A DNA stretch of 37,697 nucleotides, taken from assembly GCA_020318295.1 (NCBI GenBank), contig GCA_020318295.1_4859.1. One strand, written 5' to 3'. Position numbers and translations under genes: made by a program. This DNA is from a phage. Positions 28,307 through 36,590 of this stretch are shown here, piece after piece (the stretch's first letter is position 1; each line of letters opens with the position of its first letter). Under the pieces are notes generated by a model. The model had not been told where the DNA came from. It saw nothing but the letters and a program-made list of their open reading frames with translations, and did not search any database.

Positions 28307-28777
28307 ATGAGCGAAGAAGTGAAATACCAAGCGTTCGACGGAGATGTGGACAACGAAGATTCGCTTCTCCGCCAAACACAACAGCTACGCGTTAAGCTCG
28401 TCACGGATATGGTGAACGACGGTGAAGTACACAAAGACTTAAAAGCCGTCGACCGAATCGAACGCCTAATCAACGGCATCGACAAACAGGTCATGACGAA
28501 GCGGAAAATTAAAGCTGCTGAGAAAGGCGCTGAGGCGACTCAAGATTTGGCCAACAGTTTAAACGGCTTCTTAATGACCCGTGCAGGCGTTGGTATCAAA
28601 CGTCACGACGATGAAGAAGATTTAAATAACGGATACCAACCCACCGTCCCACAGATTGCCGCAGTACGGCCTCCGAAAGAAGGTGAGTTGGCACCAGTAG
28701 GCGAAAAGATTGACGTTGACCAGATCATGGCGTCTGCGTTTGCGAGTCGTCGTCCTGCTGATGACGACGAAGACTAA
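28307..28777 (+). CDS. hypothetical acidic protein (156 aa)
   Basis: ORF with GAGATGAGG upstream; lone plus-strand gene in a minus-strand block; its 3' end overlaps the convergent 242-aa gene by 53 nt. Confidence 0.5.
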   Translation: MSEEVKYQAFDGDVDNEDSLLRQTQQLRVKLVTDMVNDGEVHKDLKAVDRIERLINGIDKQVMTKRKIKAAEKGAEATQDLANSLNGFLMTRAGVGIKRHDDEEDLNNGYQPTVPQIAAVRPPKEGELAPVGEKIDVDQIMASAFASRRPADDDED

Positions 28778-29453
28778 ACAGCGCAGTGTCCTTTACGTCA
28801 GTACCGACGTATTGAGCAAGAAAACGGGTGGACTCCTTAAAGGGGTTCACCTTATCTCTTTTTATTTGCGCGATTGCTTCTTCCGTTAATTCGCTGGTCA
28901 GCATACTCGGTCGGGTAATGGTGAAATCCGGAATCGGTTTCTGGAAATGGCCCGCGTGTTGTTCTATCCACGGGTACCAGTCGTACATTATCCAACCGTC
29001 CCACGCCGAAGCAAGTCGTCCTGGTGTAAGATCGCTGTGAGGAATAACAACGACGTCTACTTGCACTTCGTTGTAGTAGTAGCGAAGTTCTTCCAAAAAC
29101 GCATGACGTTCTTCATCATCGAGATCAGCGTATGGCCACAGGTTAAACGTTAAGACAGGTCGCTCGATAGGAGCGTGCATCTGTATCGTCATTAACATTG
29201 CCTGTACTTCGTTCTTTAGCGTAAGCAACATTTCTGTTGGCTGCGCGTTCTGCAACGCGCGTTTATCACGCTCCGCGAACTTTTTATTCCAGTCCTGAAT
29301 TCCTACCACTTCGGCCCACGCATCCGTGAACCGCATCCGATACACTTCTAAATCAAGCTTCTCTAATACATCAGGCTGCAGCACTTTCGCCCAACCAATT
29401 CGTGTATCGAAGATTGTGTCGATATCGACTAAGAAACGGCGTCCTAATCTCAT
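28725..29453 (-). CDS. hypothetical protein (242 aa)
   Basis: ORF; ATGA overlap with the upstream gene. Confidence 0.55.
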   Translation of the reverse strand: MRLGRRFLVDIDTIFDTRIGWAKVLQPDVLEKLDLEVYRMRFTDAWAEVVGIQDWNKKFAERDKRALQNAQPTEMLLTLKNEVQAMLMTIQMHAPIERPVLTFNLWPYADLDDEERHAFLEELRYYYNEVQVDVVVIPHSDLTPGRLASAWDGWIMYDWYPWIEQHAGHFQKPIPDFTITRPSMLTSELTEEAIAQIKRDKVNPFKESTRFLAQYVGTDVKDTALFSLRRHQQDDDSQTQTP

Positions 29454-30118
29454 TCCGGGCGTCCTAAGTTGTTACCGATGTGCATTGCTTTAAAGTACGA
29501 AGACCATGTACGCGGCGCTTTTGAACTGGTACGCTCAGCCCCTTCCAGGTTGATGCGACCTTTACCGGTTTGCCGTAGCGATTGATAGAACGCACGTTGT
29601 AACGTATCGTTACCACCACGCGCCCACAGGAACTCCTGGAGCGTTGAGTCGTGTCCATCCGAGTACATGATGTACGCTTCTGGAAACGAAACACCCGAGG
29701 CTTTGGAAGGCCCTACTACCTGACCTGAGAGTTTATCGCGGACTTTATCGTTCTTCGCCACCGCCATTTTCTTCTCTTGCATCTGCGTCTGGCGACGTGC
29801 AGGTAGCCGGAAGACCAAATGGGGATAACGGGTACGCTGTAGGATACCGGTTTTCGGTTCCGTGAGCCACAGGCGCTGACACAAGTTCAGTCCCATCGCT
29901 TCGCAAATTTTAATATTGCGCATATGGTCAATTTTGACCTTGCCGCCAGTTGGGTTGTAAACAGGCAACCCTTCGCGCAGACGATTGAACTCTTCGTCAG
30001 ACATTCGTGAGAAAGCGCGCTTGGCAGCTTCCGCGTTAATCCCGGTCGGGTCAACTAAGTTCAGTAACTGTAAAGCATAAGCTTCTGCTTTTTTTCGCCG
30101 TGCCGGGTCTAATCTCAT
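29450..30118 (-). CDS. hypothetical protein (222 aa)
   Basis: ORF; ATGA overlaps on both sides. Confidence 0.55.
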   Translation of the reverse strand: MRLDPARRKKAEAYALQLLNLVDPTGINAEAAKRAFSRMSDEEFNRLREGLPVYNPTGGKVKIDHMRNIKICEAMGLNLCQRLWLTEPKTGILQRTRYPHLVFRLPARRQTQMQEKKMAVAKNDKVRDKLSGQVVGPSKASGVSFPEAYIMYSDGHDSTLQEFLWARGGNDTLQRAFYQSLRQTGKGRINLEGAERTSSKAPRTWSSYFKAMHIGNNLGRPE

Positions 30119-30390
30119 TTTTTCATCCTCTCACGGAGCACTGGAAGAACCACACGTTCCAGGTCTTCAATCCAGTACGGGATATCTTCATTGTGTTCAG
30201 GCACACCGACCGCATCAACCTTCGGTTTATCATTAATCAGGTTGCCGTAATGGGCATTTACCTGATGACTAAATTCAGACAGTGCATGTCGCGGTGCTGA
30301 GAACTCGTTATGGAACGCGGTGCTAAGTTCCTGGCTAATACCAGCGAGACCCAGACACAGACGCTCTACAATATCTTTCTGATAACGCAT
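30115..30390 (-). CDS. hypothetical protein (91 aa)
   Basis: ORF with GAGGA upstream, downstream of a terminator. Confidence 0.5.
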   Translation of the reverse strand: MRYQKDIVERLCLGLAGISQELSTAFHNEFSAPRHALSEFSHQVNAHYGNLINDKPKVDAVGVPEHNEDIPYWIEDLERVVLPVLRERMKK

Positions 30391-30402
30391 CGCTAATCCT
30401 CA

Positions 30403-30431
30403 GGGGAAAAAAACAGGCGGGTTGCCCCGCC
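30403..30431 (-). terminator. rho-independent terminator (minus strand)
   Basis: Stem GGCGGG / CCCGCC with loop TTGC, followed on the minus strand by TGTTTTTTTCCCC; lies 6 nt after the stop of the 497-aa gene. Confidence 0.6.
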
Positions 30432-30436
30432 CGTGC

Positions 30437-31930
30437 TTATTTCTTCTTAGTCAAGAACTTAGGTTCCAGACCATCCACGGCCATCGCCAGTAATGACATT
30501 GCTGTTAAGCAACGCTTACCGCCTTTGACTTCCTGATCCTTGAACATCCAGTATTCCACTGTATTGTCCAGAATTTCATTCCAGTCCCACTTTTCGTCGA
30601 TAACTTTATAAAGCTCCGCCGGTGAGAGATGGTATTTCATTTCCAGTCGGTGGTAGTTATTCTGCATGTACGCTAATGCGGCGGTGATTTCCAACGCACG
30701 GCGCAAACGCGGGTTGCTGTCACACATGTCGCGAATCGTGGTACGCATGAAAGATGTACCAGGTAGCAAATCGAGGGTATAATTAGCACCACTACGTTTG
30801 TAGCCCCATTCATCTTTCAGTGTGTCGCTCAGGTAATGCCACAGAGAGAGGTGATAAAGCAGACCCATCTCCTGTGAGAAGACCATTTTGAACTTAACGC
30901 CTGTGTGACCACCTTTCGCACGGTACTGCGTGAACACGATTTCTTTCAGGTCGTTCACCGAAGCATTCATTGCCTTCGAACGCGCAGTCGGGTATTTCTC
31001 TTCGTTTACACCGGTCTTCGCGTTGTAAGTCTGATCCTGCTTCAACTCACCAGACTTGGTTGCAACCAGCAGGGAGTTAGTTAAGAACGACAACTGACGG
31101 CGCGGGATACCCGCAAACTTCAGATCATCGCCCGCATCGTCCAACAGTTTACCGTTCGCCTTCGGTCCACCACGGCCACCTGCCGCCATTGCTTTACCCG
31201 CATCGTCGGCCAACTGAGCAACGAAGCCCATATAGAAACCACCACGCGCAAACGCAGACGGCCAACGGCTCATCATATTCGATTTCTGCAGGGCATCGTG
31301 GGCGTTCAGGATGTTCTGTTCAGAATCACCGACTTCTGATTTGGCATGTTTCTCTTCCAGAGAAGAGGTGTGCCATTCGGACAGGGAGTCAATCGAGTAC
31401 AACCACGGGTCGAGAATCTTTTTCGCAGAGCGACGGATTGGGTCCGGGAACGGTGTTTCGCGTGCCTTACCAGCCATGTACTCTTTGAAACGTTTTTCGA
31501 CTTCGTCACGGATATAAGCAGAGTAATACTCCTCACCCGCCATGATATCCGAGCCAACCATGTTGTAACGACCTTCGTGGATCAGGTCCAGCACGCCGCC
31601 CGTTGGTGATACTTCTAATCCGTTTGCTTTCGCTGCGGAAATGTACCCTGTTTCCAGACGACTTAATGCAGCCGTAACTTCGGTATCGTATTTCGATCCC
31701 CAGGCCGCATTATAACGTTGCAGAATCATGAAAATGCAGAAGTCTAATAGGGTAGACTTAAAGGTGTTCCCACGACCTGCGAAGCCCATGATGTGGGCAA
31801 AACCACCGTTGAGGTAGTACAAACCATCTTCCCCGCGCTCGTAGTTACCGAGAGCGTGGTCCATGATGGTATATACGTTAAAACGAGGGCGAATCACTTC
31901 ACCCATGACTTGTTTAGCTGGACCTGCCAT
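30437..31930 (-). CDS. RecA/UvsX-like P-loop protein, putative recombinase (497 aa)
   Basis: Gap-free resemblance to the T4 UvsX Walker-A region as I recall it: NGGFAHIMGFAGRGNTFKSTLLDFCIFMILQRYNAAWGSKYDTE versus TGGMQSGLLILAGPSKSFKSNFGLTMVSSYMRQYPDAVCLFYDSE (GG, AG, FKS, RY, YD.E conserved). Confidence 0.45.
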   Translation of the reverse strand: MAGPAKQVMGEVIRPRFNVYTIMDHALGNYERGEDGLYYLNGGFAHIMGFAGRGNTFKSTLLDFCIFMILQRYNAAWGSKYDTEVTAALSRLETGYISAAKANGLEVSPTGGVLDLIHEGRYNMVGSDIMAGEEYYSAYIRDEVEKRFKEYMAGKARETPFPDPIRRSAKKILDPWLYSIDSLSEWHTSSLEEKHAKSEVGDSEQNILNAHDALQKSNMMSRWPSAFARGGFYMGFVAQLADDAGKAMAAGGRGGPKANGKLLDDAGDDLKFAGIPRRQLSFLTNSLLVATKSGELKQDQTYNAKTGVNEEKYPTARSKAMNASVNDLKEIVFTQYRAKGGHTGVKFKMVFSQEMGLLYHLSLWHYLSDTLKDEWGYKRSGANYTLDLLPGTSFMRTTIRDMCDSNPRLRRALEITAALAYMQNNYHRLEMKYHLSPAELYKVIDEKWDWNEILDNTVEYWMFKDQEVKGGKRCLTAMSLLAMAVDGLEPKFLTKKK

Positions 31931-31945
31931 TTAGCGCTCCGTCAA

Positions 31946-32245
31946 TTAGCGTTTTTTCAGTGGGAGTAACAGACGACGTTTATGCCAAACTTCGAAATGC
32001 ATTTCTGCCCACTCGGTGACTTGACTGTCATCTTTAGGGTTGATATTAGAAATGCCCTTGAAGCGGTTACGGTTACGTTCGTCGATTTCGATTTCCAGAA
32101 CGCGCTGACCATCAGCACGAGTGGTCACGTTCAGGATTTTACCAACCACGATCGGACTACCATCGGTATTCTTCTTCGTCGGGGTGGTGTAAATCTCAGG
32201 TTCGATACGAGAGGTTAAAGCGCGAGTCAGTAATTTGATTCTCAT
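31946..32245 (-). CDS. hypothetical small basic protein (99 aa)
   Basis: ORF; first minus-strand gene after a 98-nt divergent intergenic region. Confidence 0.5.
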   Translation of the reverse strand: MRIKLLTRALTSRIEPEIYTTPTKKNTDGSPIVVGKILNVTTRADGQRVLEIEIDERNRNRFKGISNINPKDDSQVTEWAEMHFEVWHKRRLLLPLKKR

Positions 32246-32343
32246 CAGATGTTACCTTTATGCAGTTCTCGTACATAAGGTTTGGGTGATACGTAAAAGA
32301 CTTACTATGTAGCCCAATCCCTTATATATTCGAGGTTGATAGA

Positions 32344-33099
32344 ATGAATGTTAATCCACTTGCAGCGTTGTCGGGCTTTGTTGCCAAAGCATCCACGATT
32401 CTGCCTAAAGCCTTTAGCGGCTCTCAACAGGAACTCGCGCTGACCACCTATGACGACATGTCTGATGTGTCCAAGTGGATGCAGCAAGAGAAGTTTTTAA
32501 ACTTTACCGGAATGCTTGTACCCGTACCTCCGGGCTTCAACACGTATGTGATGGACCACATAGAACGGTTGGAATCTGTATGGGCTGTGCTCCAGAAGAT
32601 TCAGGAAGGGGTTTTAAGTCCCATCGACAAACGTTTCGGCGCGATGACACACGACCTGGGTATGCTGACACTGCCTATCGGATTTAAGTTCAAAGACCTG
32701 AACTACCCACTGAAAAACATTAACCCGAAAGACCTGGTTGAGAAACTGGCGAAGTCGTACACCAACAATGTGGTCGACCAGCGTGCGATTGAAAAGACCT
32801 ACCACAGTGCAGGTGAGATTGACGTTGCGTTTAATCGTGCCAAAGCGCTGAACCTGGAAGTGACTAAGAAACTCCAGAAAGGTATTGACCGTACAGTTGA
32901 AAGCATCAACGTCTCTGTAGACATTATCTCTAATTCACAAGTCCATCCTAATGTGGCGGCAGAGTTAGTGAAAATGGCTGACATGGGTGCTGACTGGGTT
33001 GAGCTGTTCGGACTGTTTATGAAACAGATTAATGAACTGACAGAATGCCTGAACGTAACCGGTGATCGCCTCAAGACCCTGAAAGCAAACAAAAAATAA
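32344..33099 (+). CDS. hypothetical protein (251 aa)
   Basis: ORF with GAGG upstream; lone plus-strand gene bounded by a divergent intergenic region and a bidirectional terminator. Confidence 0.55.
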   Translation: MNVNPLAALSGFVAKASTILPKAFSGSQQELALTTYDDMSDVSKWMQQEKFLNFTGMLVPVPPGFNTYVMDHIERLESVWAVLQKIQEGVLSPIDKRFGAMTHDLGMLTLPIGFKFKDLNYPLKNINPKDLVEKLAKSYTNNVVDQRAIEKTYHSAGEIDVAFNRAKALNLEVTKKLQKGIDRTVESINVSVDIISNSQVHPNVAAELVKMADMGADWVELFGLFMKQINELTECLNVTGDRLKTLKANKK

Positions 33100-33110
33100 A
33101 AAGTAAGCAG

Positions 33111-33152
33111 TACCCACTCCCCTTACGGGAGTGGGTAGGCTTTATTTTATTT
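33111..33152. terminator. bidirectional rho-independent terminator between convergent genes
   Basis: Stem TACCCACTCCC / GGGAGTGGGTA with loop CTTAC, followed by GGCTTTATTTTATTT on the plus strand and preceded by an A-run that reads as a T-run on the minus strand. Confidence 0.7.
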
Positions 33153-33161
33153 CGGACCGAT

Positions 33162-33704
33162 TTAGAATTTACTGATAGTAAGTGGCTGCATTGGCTCGAC
33201 CACAATCAGTATTTCTTTCAGACGTGAAACGATATGCTCCCAGACCTGTGCTTCAAGGTGACGTAACATGGTGGTGAACTCACCCATGTACATCTCTTTA
33301 TACTCGTCGCGGTTGAGATGTTCCCACGCTTCTTTCAATGGGCCTGCTTCTGGACCAGACATCTTGATCATCATTTCGATGTCTTTCATCTCATCAAACG
33401 CTTTACCGACTTTATCAATAACCTCATCGGTTTTAAGTTCGAGCGAGAAACGACCCATCTTAGACTGCAGGAAGCCGTCTTCAATGTCTTCATCGTTGTA
33501 TTCAAAACAAGCAATACGTTGCGCGAGTTGATGAACTTCATTTACCGCGATGTTGACGTACGCCGCAGAGATAAGACCAGCGAGGTGCTGACGATCGATA
33601 TTCTTTGGTATCAGATAGTCTTCACACTTACGCTTAAACTCGAACAACGCCGCTGGAAATATTTCGCGAAATTCGTCATCGAGTAAATCAATGAATATTT
33701 TCAT
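33162..33704 (-). CDS. hypothetical protein (180 aa)
   Basis: ORF; ATGA overlap with the upstream gene. Confidence 0.55.
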   Translation of the reverse strand: MKIFIDLLDDEFREIFPAALFEFKRKCEDYLIPKNIDRQHLAGLISAAYVNIAVNEVHQLAQRIACFEYNDEDIEDGFLQSKMGRFSLELKTDEVIDKVGKAFDEMKDIEMMIKMSGPEAGPLKEAWEHLNRDEYKEMYMGEFTTMLRHLEAQVWEHIVSRLKEILIVVEPMQPLTISKF

Positions 33705-34240
33705 TCAGCAGGTTTCCCATATTTCTCGCCGAGATACAGTAGTTCACGACGACAGATAGCCAGCACCTTCATTTCCGCATCACGATACAGCTTGGTGATT
33801 TTGTCAATGATTGGCTGGTCAACGATATCAGACCATGTTACCGTGTCCGTGACGTTCGATGATTGCCCGTTAATGACCACAGCAACATATGTCTCGCCCA
33901 GGTTCTCTTGATGTAACCCCGCCAGTGATTCACCAACCTTATCAAAGGCTTCACTCAATAAGTCGGTGATTTGGTCCGTCCCTTCTACCAGTTCAAAACG
34001 ATGGGGATAGTTCAGAATATTGCGCAGCCGCGTGAACATACGTTCAATAAGCTGATTTACCATATCCCCAGTGTCGCAGATAGCCACATCTACGCCCGAA
34101 CCTATTTCGTCAGACAAACGATTTTCGTGGACGGCCAACGCATCGTGAAGTTCAAATTCCACGTCACGTTTTAATCCTAACAGAATTTCATCTAGCTGAC
34201 GTCTCGACTCCGACAGAGCGAAGTCAATTACGATTTGCAT
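33701..34240 (-). CDS. hypothetical protein (179 aa)
   Basis: ORF with AAGGAG upstream. Confidence 0.55.
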   Translation of the reverse strand: MQIVIDFALSESRRQLDEILLGLKRDVEFELHDALAVHENRLSDEIGSGVDVAICDTGDMVNQLIERMFTRLRNILNYPHRFELVEGTDQITDLLSEAFDKVGESLAGLHQENLGETYVAVVINGQSSNVTDTVTWSDIVDQPIIDKITKLYRDAEMKVLAICRRELLYLGEKYGKPAE

Positions 34241-34250
34241 CTAATGCTCC

Positions 34251-34724
34251 TTAAAAGTTACTTACCTCGGGCTGCGTATACCAGTATCTGCACGCTACGA
34301 GATCCACAACGTTATATTTCAGTTGTCCACCGTGCTGTGACGTGTCTGCCAATTCATGCGCAAGCTTGTACGCTAAGTCTTCACGGTTGTCGAGGATAAG
34401 CAACACAACACGCTGCACCTCATTAAAGATATCCGGTTCACGTAAACAACTGTAGCGCTCGCTAAGATGCTTAATAACGCCTTTATAAACATCTCCTGGT
34501 ACAGCAGTGCCATTTTCTGCTACGTGGAATGAAACAAGCACGATTTTAATTAAAATCTCGACAACCATGGAGTATATCATTCCACGGTTGCCGTTAATTT
34601 CCACACGCTTTAGATACTCTTGCAAGTCCATCAATGACTCGCTATACACCTTTAACATAGCGACCACCTCTAGTTGGTTGCCGGCCACACCCCTGGCGAT
34701 GGGATTGCATTGTATCCACGCCAT
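34251..34724 (-). CDS. hypothetical protein (157 aa; start may be the internal Met near 34658)
   Basis: ORF in operon context. Confidence 0.5.
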   Translation of the reverse strand: MAWIQCNPIARGVAGNQLEVVAMLKVYSESLMDLQEYLKRVEINGNRGMIYSMVVEILIKIVLVSFHVAENGTAVPGDVYKGVIKHLSERYSCLREPDIFNEVQRVVLLILDNREDLAYKLAHELADTSQHGGQLKYNVVDLVACRYWYTQPEVSNF

Positions 34725-35047
34725 TTCTTAATCACGACAAGGTTCGAGCCTGGAAGACCATCTAAATCAAAACCAACAGTAGCAACGACATCAACTTCAG
34801 CATCCAGCGATACCTGATCGCGACCCTGTGTTCTGAAATGCGCAAGAGACGCCAGTTTACCGCCAGTAATCGCAGTATCGCGAATAAGACGTGCCATATT
34901 GCGCATCTCTACTGTCACTTCTCCACGAATAGCGACACTCAGCGTTGCTTTATTTAACCAGGCTTCTTGTCCCGGTTCGACAATATAGAGAATCACACCT
35001 TCTTTGTAATACTGTTTTACCATCGTTTCAAATTCGTCTTGCGTCAT
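34670..35047 (-). CDS. hypothetical protein (125 aa)
   Basis: ORF with AAGGAG upstream. Confidence 0.5.
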   Translation of the reverse strand: MTQDEFETMVKQYYKEGVILYIVEPGQEAWLNKATLSVAIRGEVTVEMRNMARLIRDTAITGGKLASLAHFRTQGRDQVSLDAEVDVVATVGFDLDGLPGSNLVVIKKWRGYNAIPSPGVWPATN

Positions 35048-35060
35048 TTTAAATACTCCT

Positions 35061-35795
35061 TCAGTAGTTTAGTTTCTCAGCGACATCTTTACGGATGCGA
35101 CACATCACCACCATCGCACCATTCGGAATTTGGCTCACGCAGTTATCCGTGTAAAACTTACCTTCACACAGATAAAAGTCCAGACACATGGCATCGGTCA
35201 GTTCGTGCCACAGGGTGCCGAAACCATACTGCCAAGGGCCGGAATGAACGACATCGTAATCGCCATCAGTTATGCCAAATGCGGCAGTAGCGGAAGACCA
35301 CAGTGTTGAGGAGGTGGTATAAGTGTCATACCAGTAACCGAGCAGACGATGGTTACGACGTATCTCAGCTAACCGCTCGTACATTGGGATGAATACATCT
35401 TCCACCTGCGTGACAAAATCAGCCAGCATCAACTTTTCCGTAAACCACTCGATCCACGCAAAGATTTGTTCTTCAACGTCTTGTTGGCTTAACCCCGTGG
35501 CAGTAATGCCTTCTTCGTAGGTGTAACCTTCGTAGACGTCAACAACATTAATCTCTACATGTTCTAGCGTGAACAACCGTTCGGTGTTGATGCAGTCGTA
35601 CATCTCTTGTAACCACGCAGTGAAGACTTCTATACAGACGTTGATGGCTGTGTACTTGAATTCATCGCGCAGTGGATACCACTGTGGGTTATCCTTTAGT
35701 TCGTTCTTCGCGAACGCGGGCCAATGCTTTTCGAACAACGCTTCAAAGAACTGGGGCGTGAGGTTTAAAAGCACTGGCACTTCGACTTTAAGCAT
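35061..35795 (-). CDS. hypothetical protein (244 aa)
   Basis: ORF with AAGGAG upstream; first gene downstream of the second copy of the promoter-like motif. Confidence 0.55.
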   Translation of the reverse strand: MLKVEVPVLLNLTPQFFEALFEKHWPAFAKNELKDNPQWYPLRDEFKYTAINVCIEVFTAWLQEMYDCINTERLFTLEHVEINVVDVYEGYTYEEGITATGLSQQDVEEQIFAWIEWFTEKLMLADFVTQVEDVFIPMYERLAEIRRNHRLLGYWYDTYTTSSTLWSSATAAFGITDGDYDVVHSGPWQYGFGTLWHELTDAMCLDFYLCEGKFYTDNCVSQIPNGAMVVMCRIRKDVAEKLNY

Positions 35796-35828
35796 CGTGA
35801 ATAAATTCTCCTTAAGGTTACGTCCCTG

Positions 35829-35858
35829 TAGATAATATCTATCTCAGATTACTTTAAG
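35829..35858 (-). promoter_or_regulatory. putative phage promoter element, copy 2 (minus-strand read CTTAAAGTAATCTGAGATAGATATTATCTA)
   Basis: Same 12-nt core and the same 33-nt spacing to the ATG at 35795 as copy 1. Confidence 0.5.
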
Positions 35859-36589
35859 AGATGCAAGAAGCGTGCTGCCTGTTCTGTAAAGTGAAAATAC
35901 TCGATGGTATCAGGTTCGTCCGAGTGAATGTCATCCGGGTCCAGCAGGTAGCCCGAGATATCATCCGTTAAAACCCAAGCGTCTCCCTGCAGGAAAATAC
36001 CCATCGGTTTTTCTACCACAGGCATCACCAAGTCCGAATAAGAGTTACCTTCTGCTACCCTTACAATGTCTTCACACGGGTCAACAATATACAGGTTGCA
36101 GAGACTACGATCTTTAAGACTGCGATGAAACATCGCACGATCGTACCAAATAACCTGAGAACAATTATCTTCGTCACCCGCCACATCGACCAACTCTGTC
36201 CAGAAACGATGTAAGAACCAGTTCAACGCACCGGTTATTAGCTCGTTCGGTTTCAGCATTCTAACGTGTTCGTCGTACAACTCTTCCATTGTCCAGATTC
36301 GACATTGCTCACGATCGATTGTCGGTAGCGGAGGTATTTGCGGCGGGACTTGTTTAGGCATCGGTTCATCACATCTTGCATTGTAACGCGCAATTGTTTC
36401 AGTAACCAGCTCTGCCACAACATCACAAGCCGCTTCAAACCCCCACTTGTACAACACGTCGTAATCTTCCATGGGCGCAGCACCGAACTCACGGTTCGTT
36501 GCCATCCACGACATCCATCCGTATTGCTCCACACAGTTAATCAGACTTTGTGTGTGGAGCGTGAGCGATTCACTCACGACTCGCAACAT
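35849..36589 (-). CDS. hypothetical protein (about 246 aa; ORF track extends to 36649)
   Basis: I prefer the internal ATG at 36589, with AGAGG 7 nt upstream, which sits 1 nt from the upstream stop; the track's start would overlap the upstream gene by 59 nt. Confidence 0.5.
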   Translation of the reverse strand: MLRVVSESLTLHTQSLINCVEQYGWMSWMATNREFGAAPMEDYDVLYKWGFEAACDVVAELVTETIARYNARCDEPMPKQVPPQIPPLPTIDREQCRIWTMEELYDEHVRMLKPNELITGALNWFLHRFWTELVDVAGDEDNCSQVIWYDRAMFHRSLKDRSLCNLYIVDPCEDIVRVAEGNSYSDLVMPVVEKPMGIFLQGDAWVLTDDISGYLLDPDDIHSDEPDTIEYFHFTEQAARFLHLLK

Positions 36590-36590
36590 G

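Noticed and set aside
28747-28770. Inverted repeat at the convergent gene overlap as an intrinsic terminator
   Set aside because: No U-tract on either strand and it lies within both coding tails; reported as an observation rather than annotated as a terminator.
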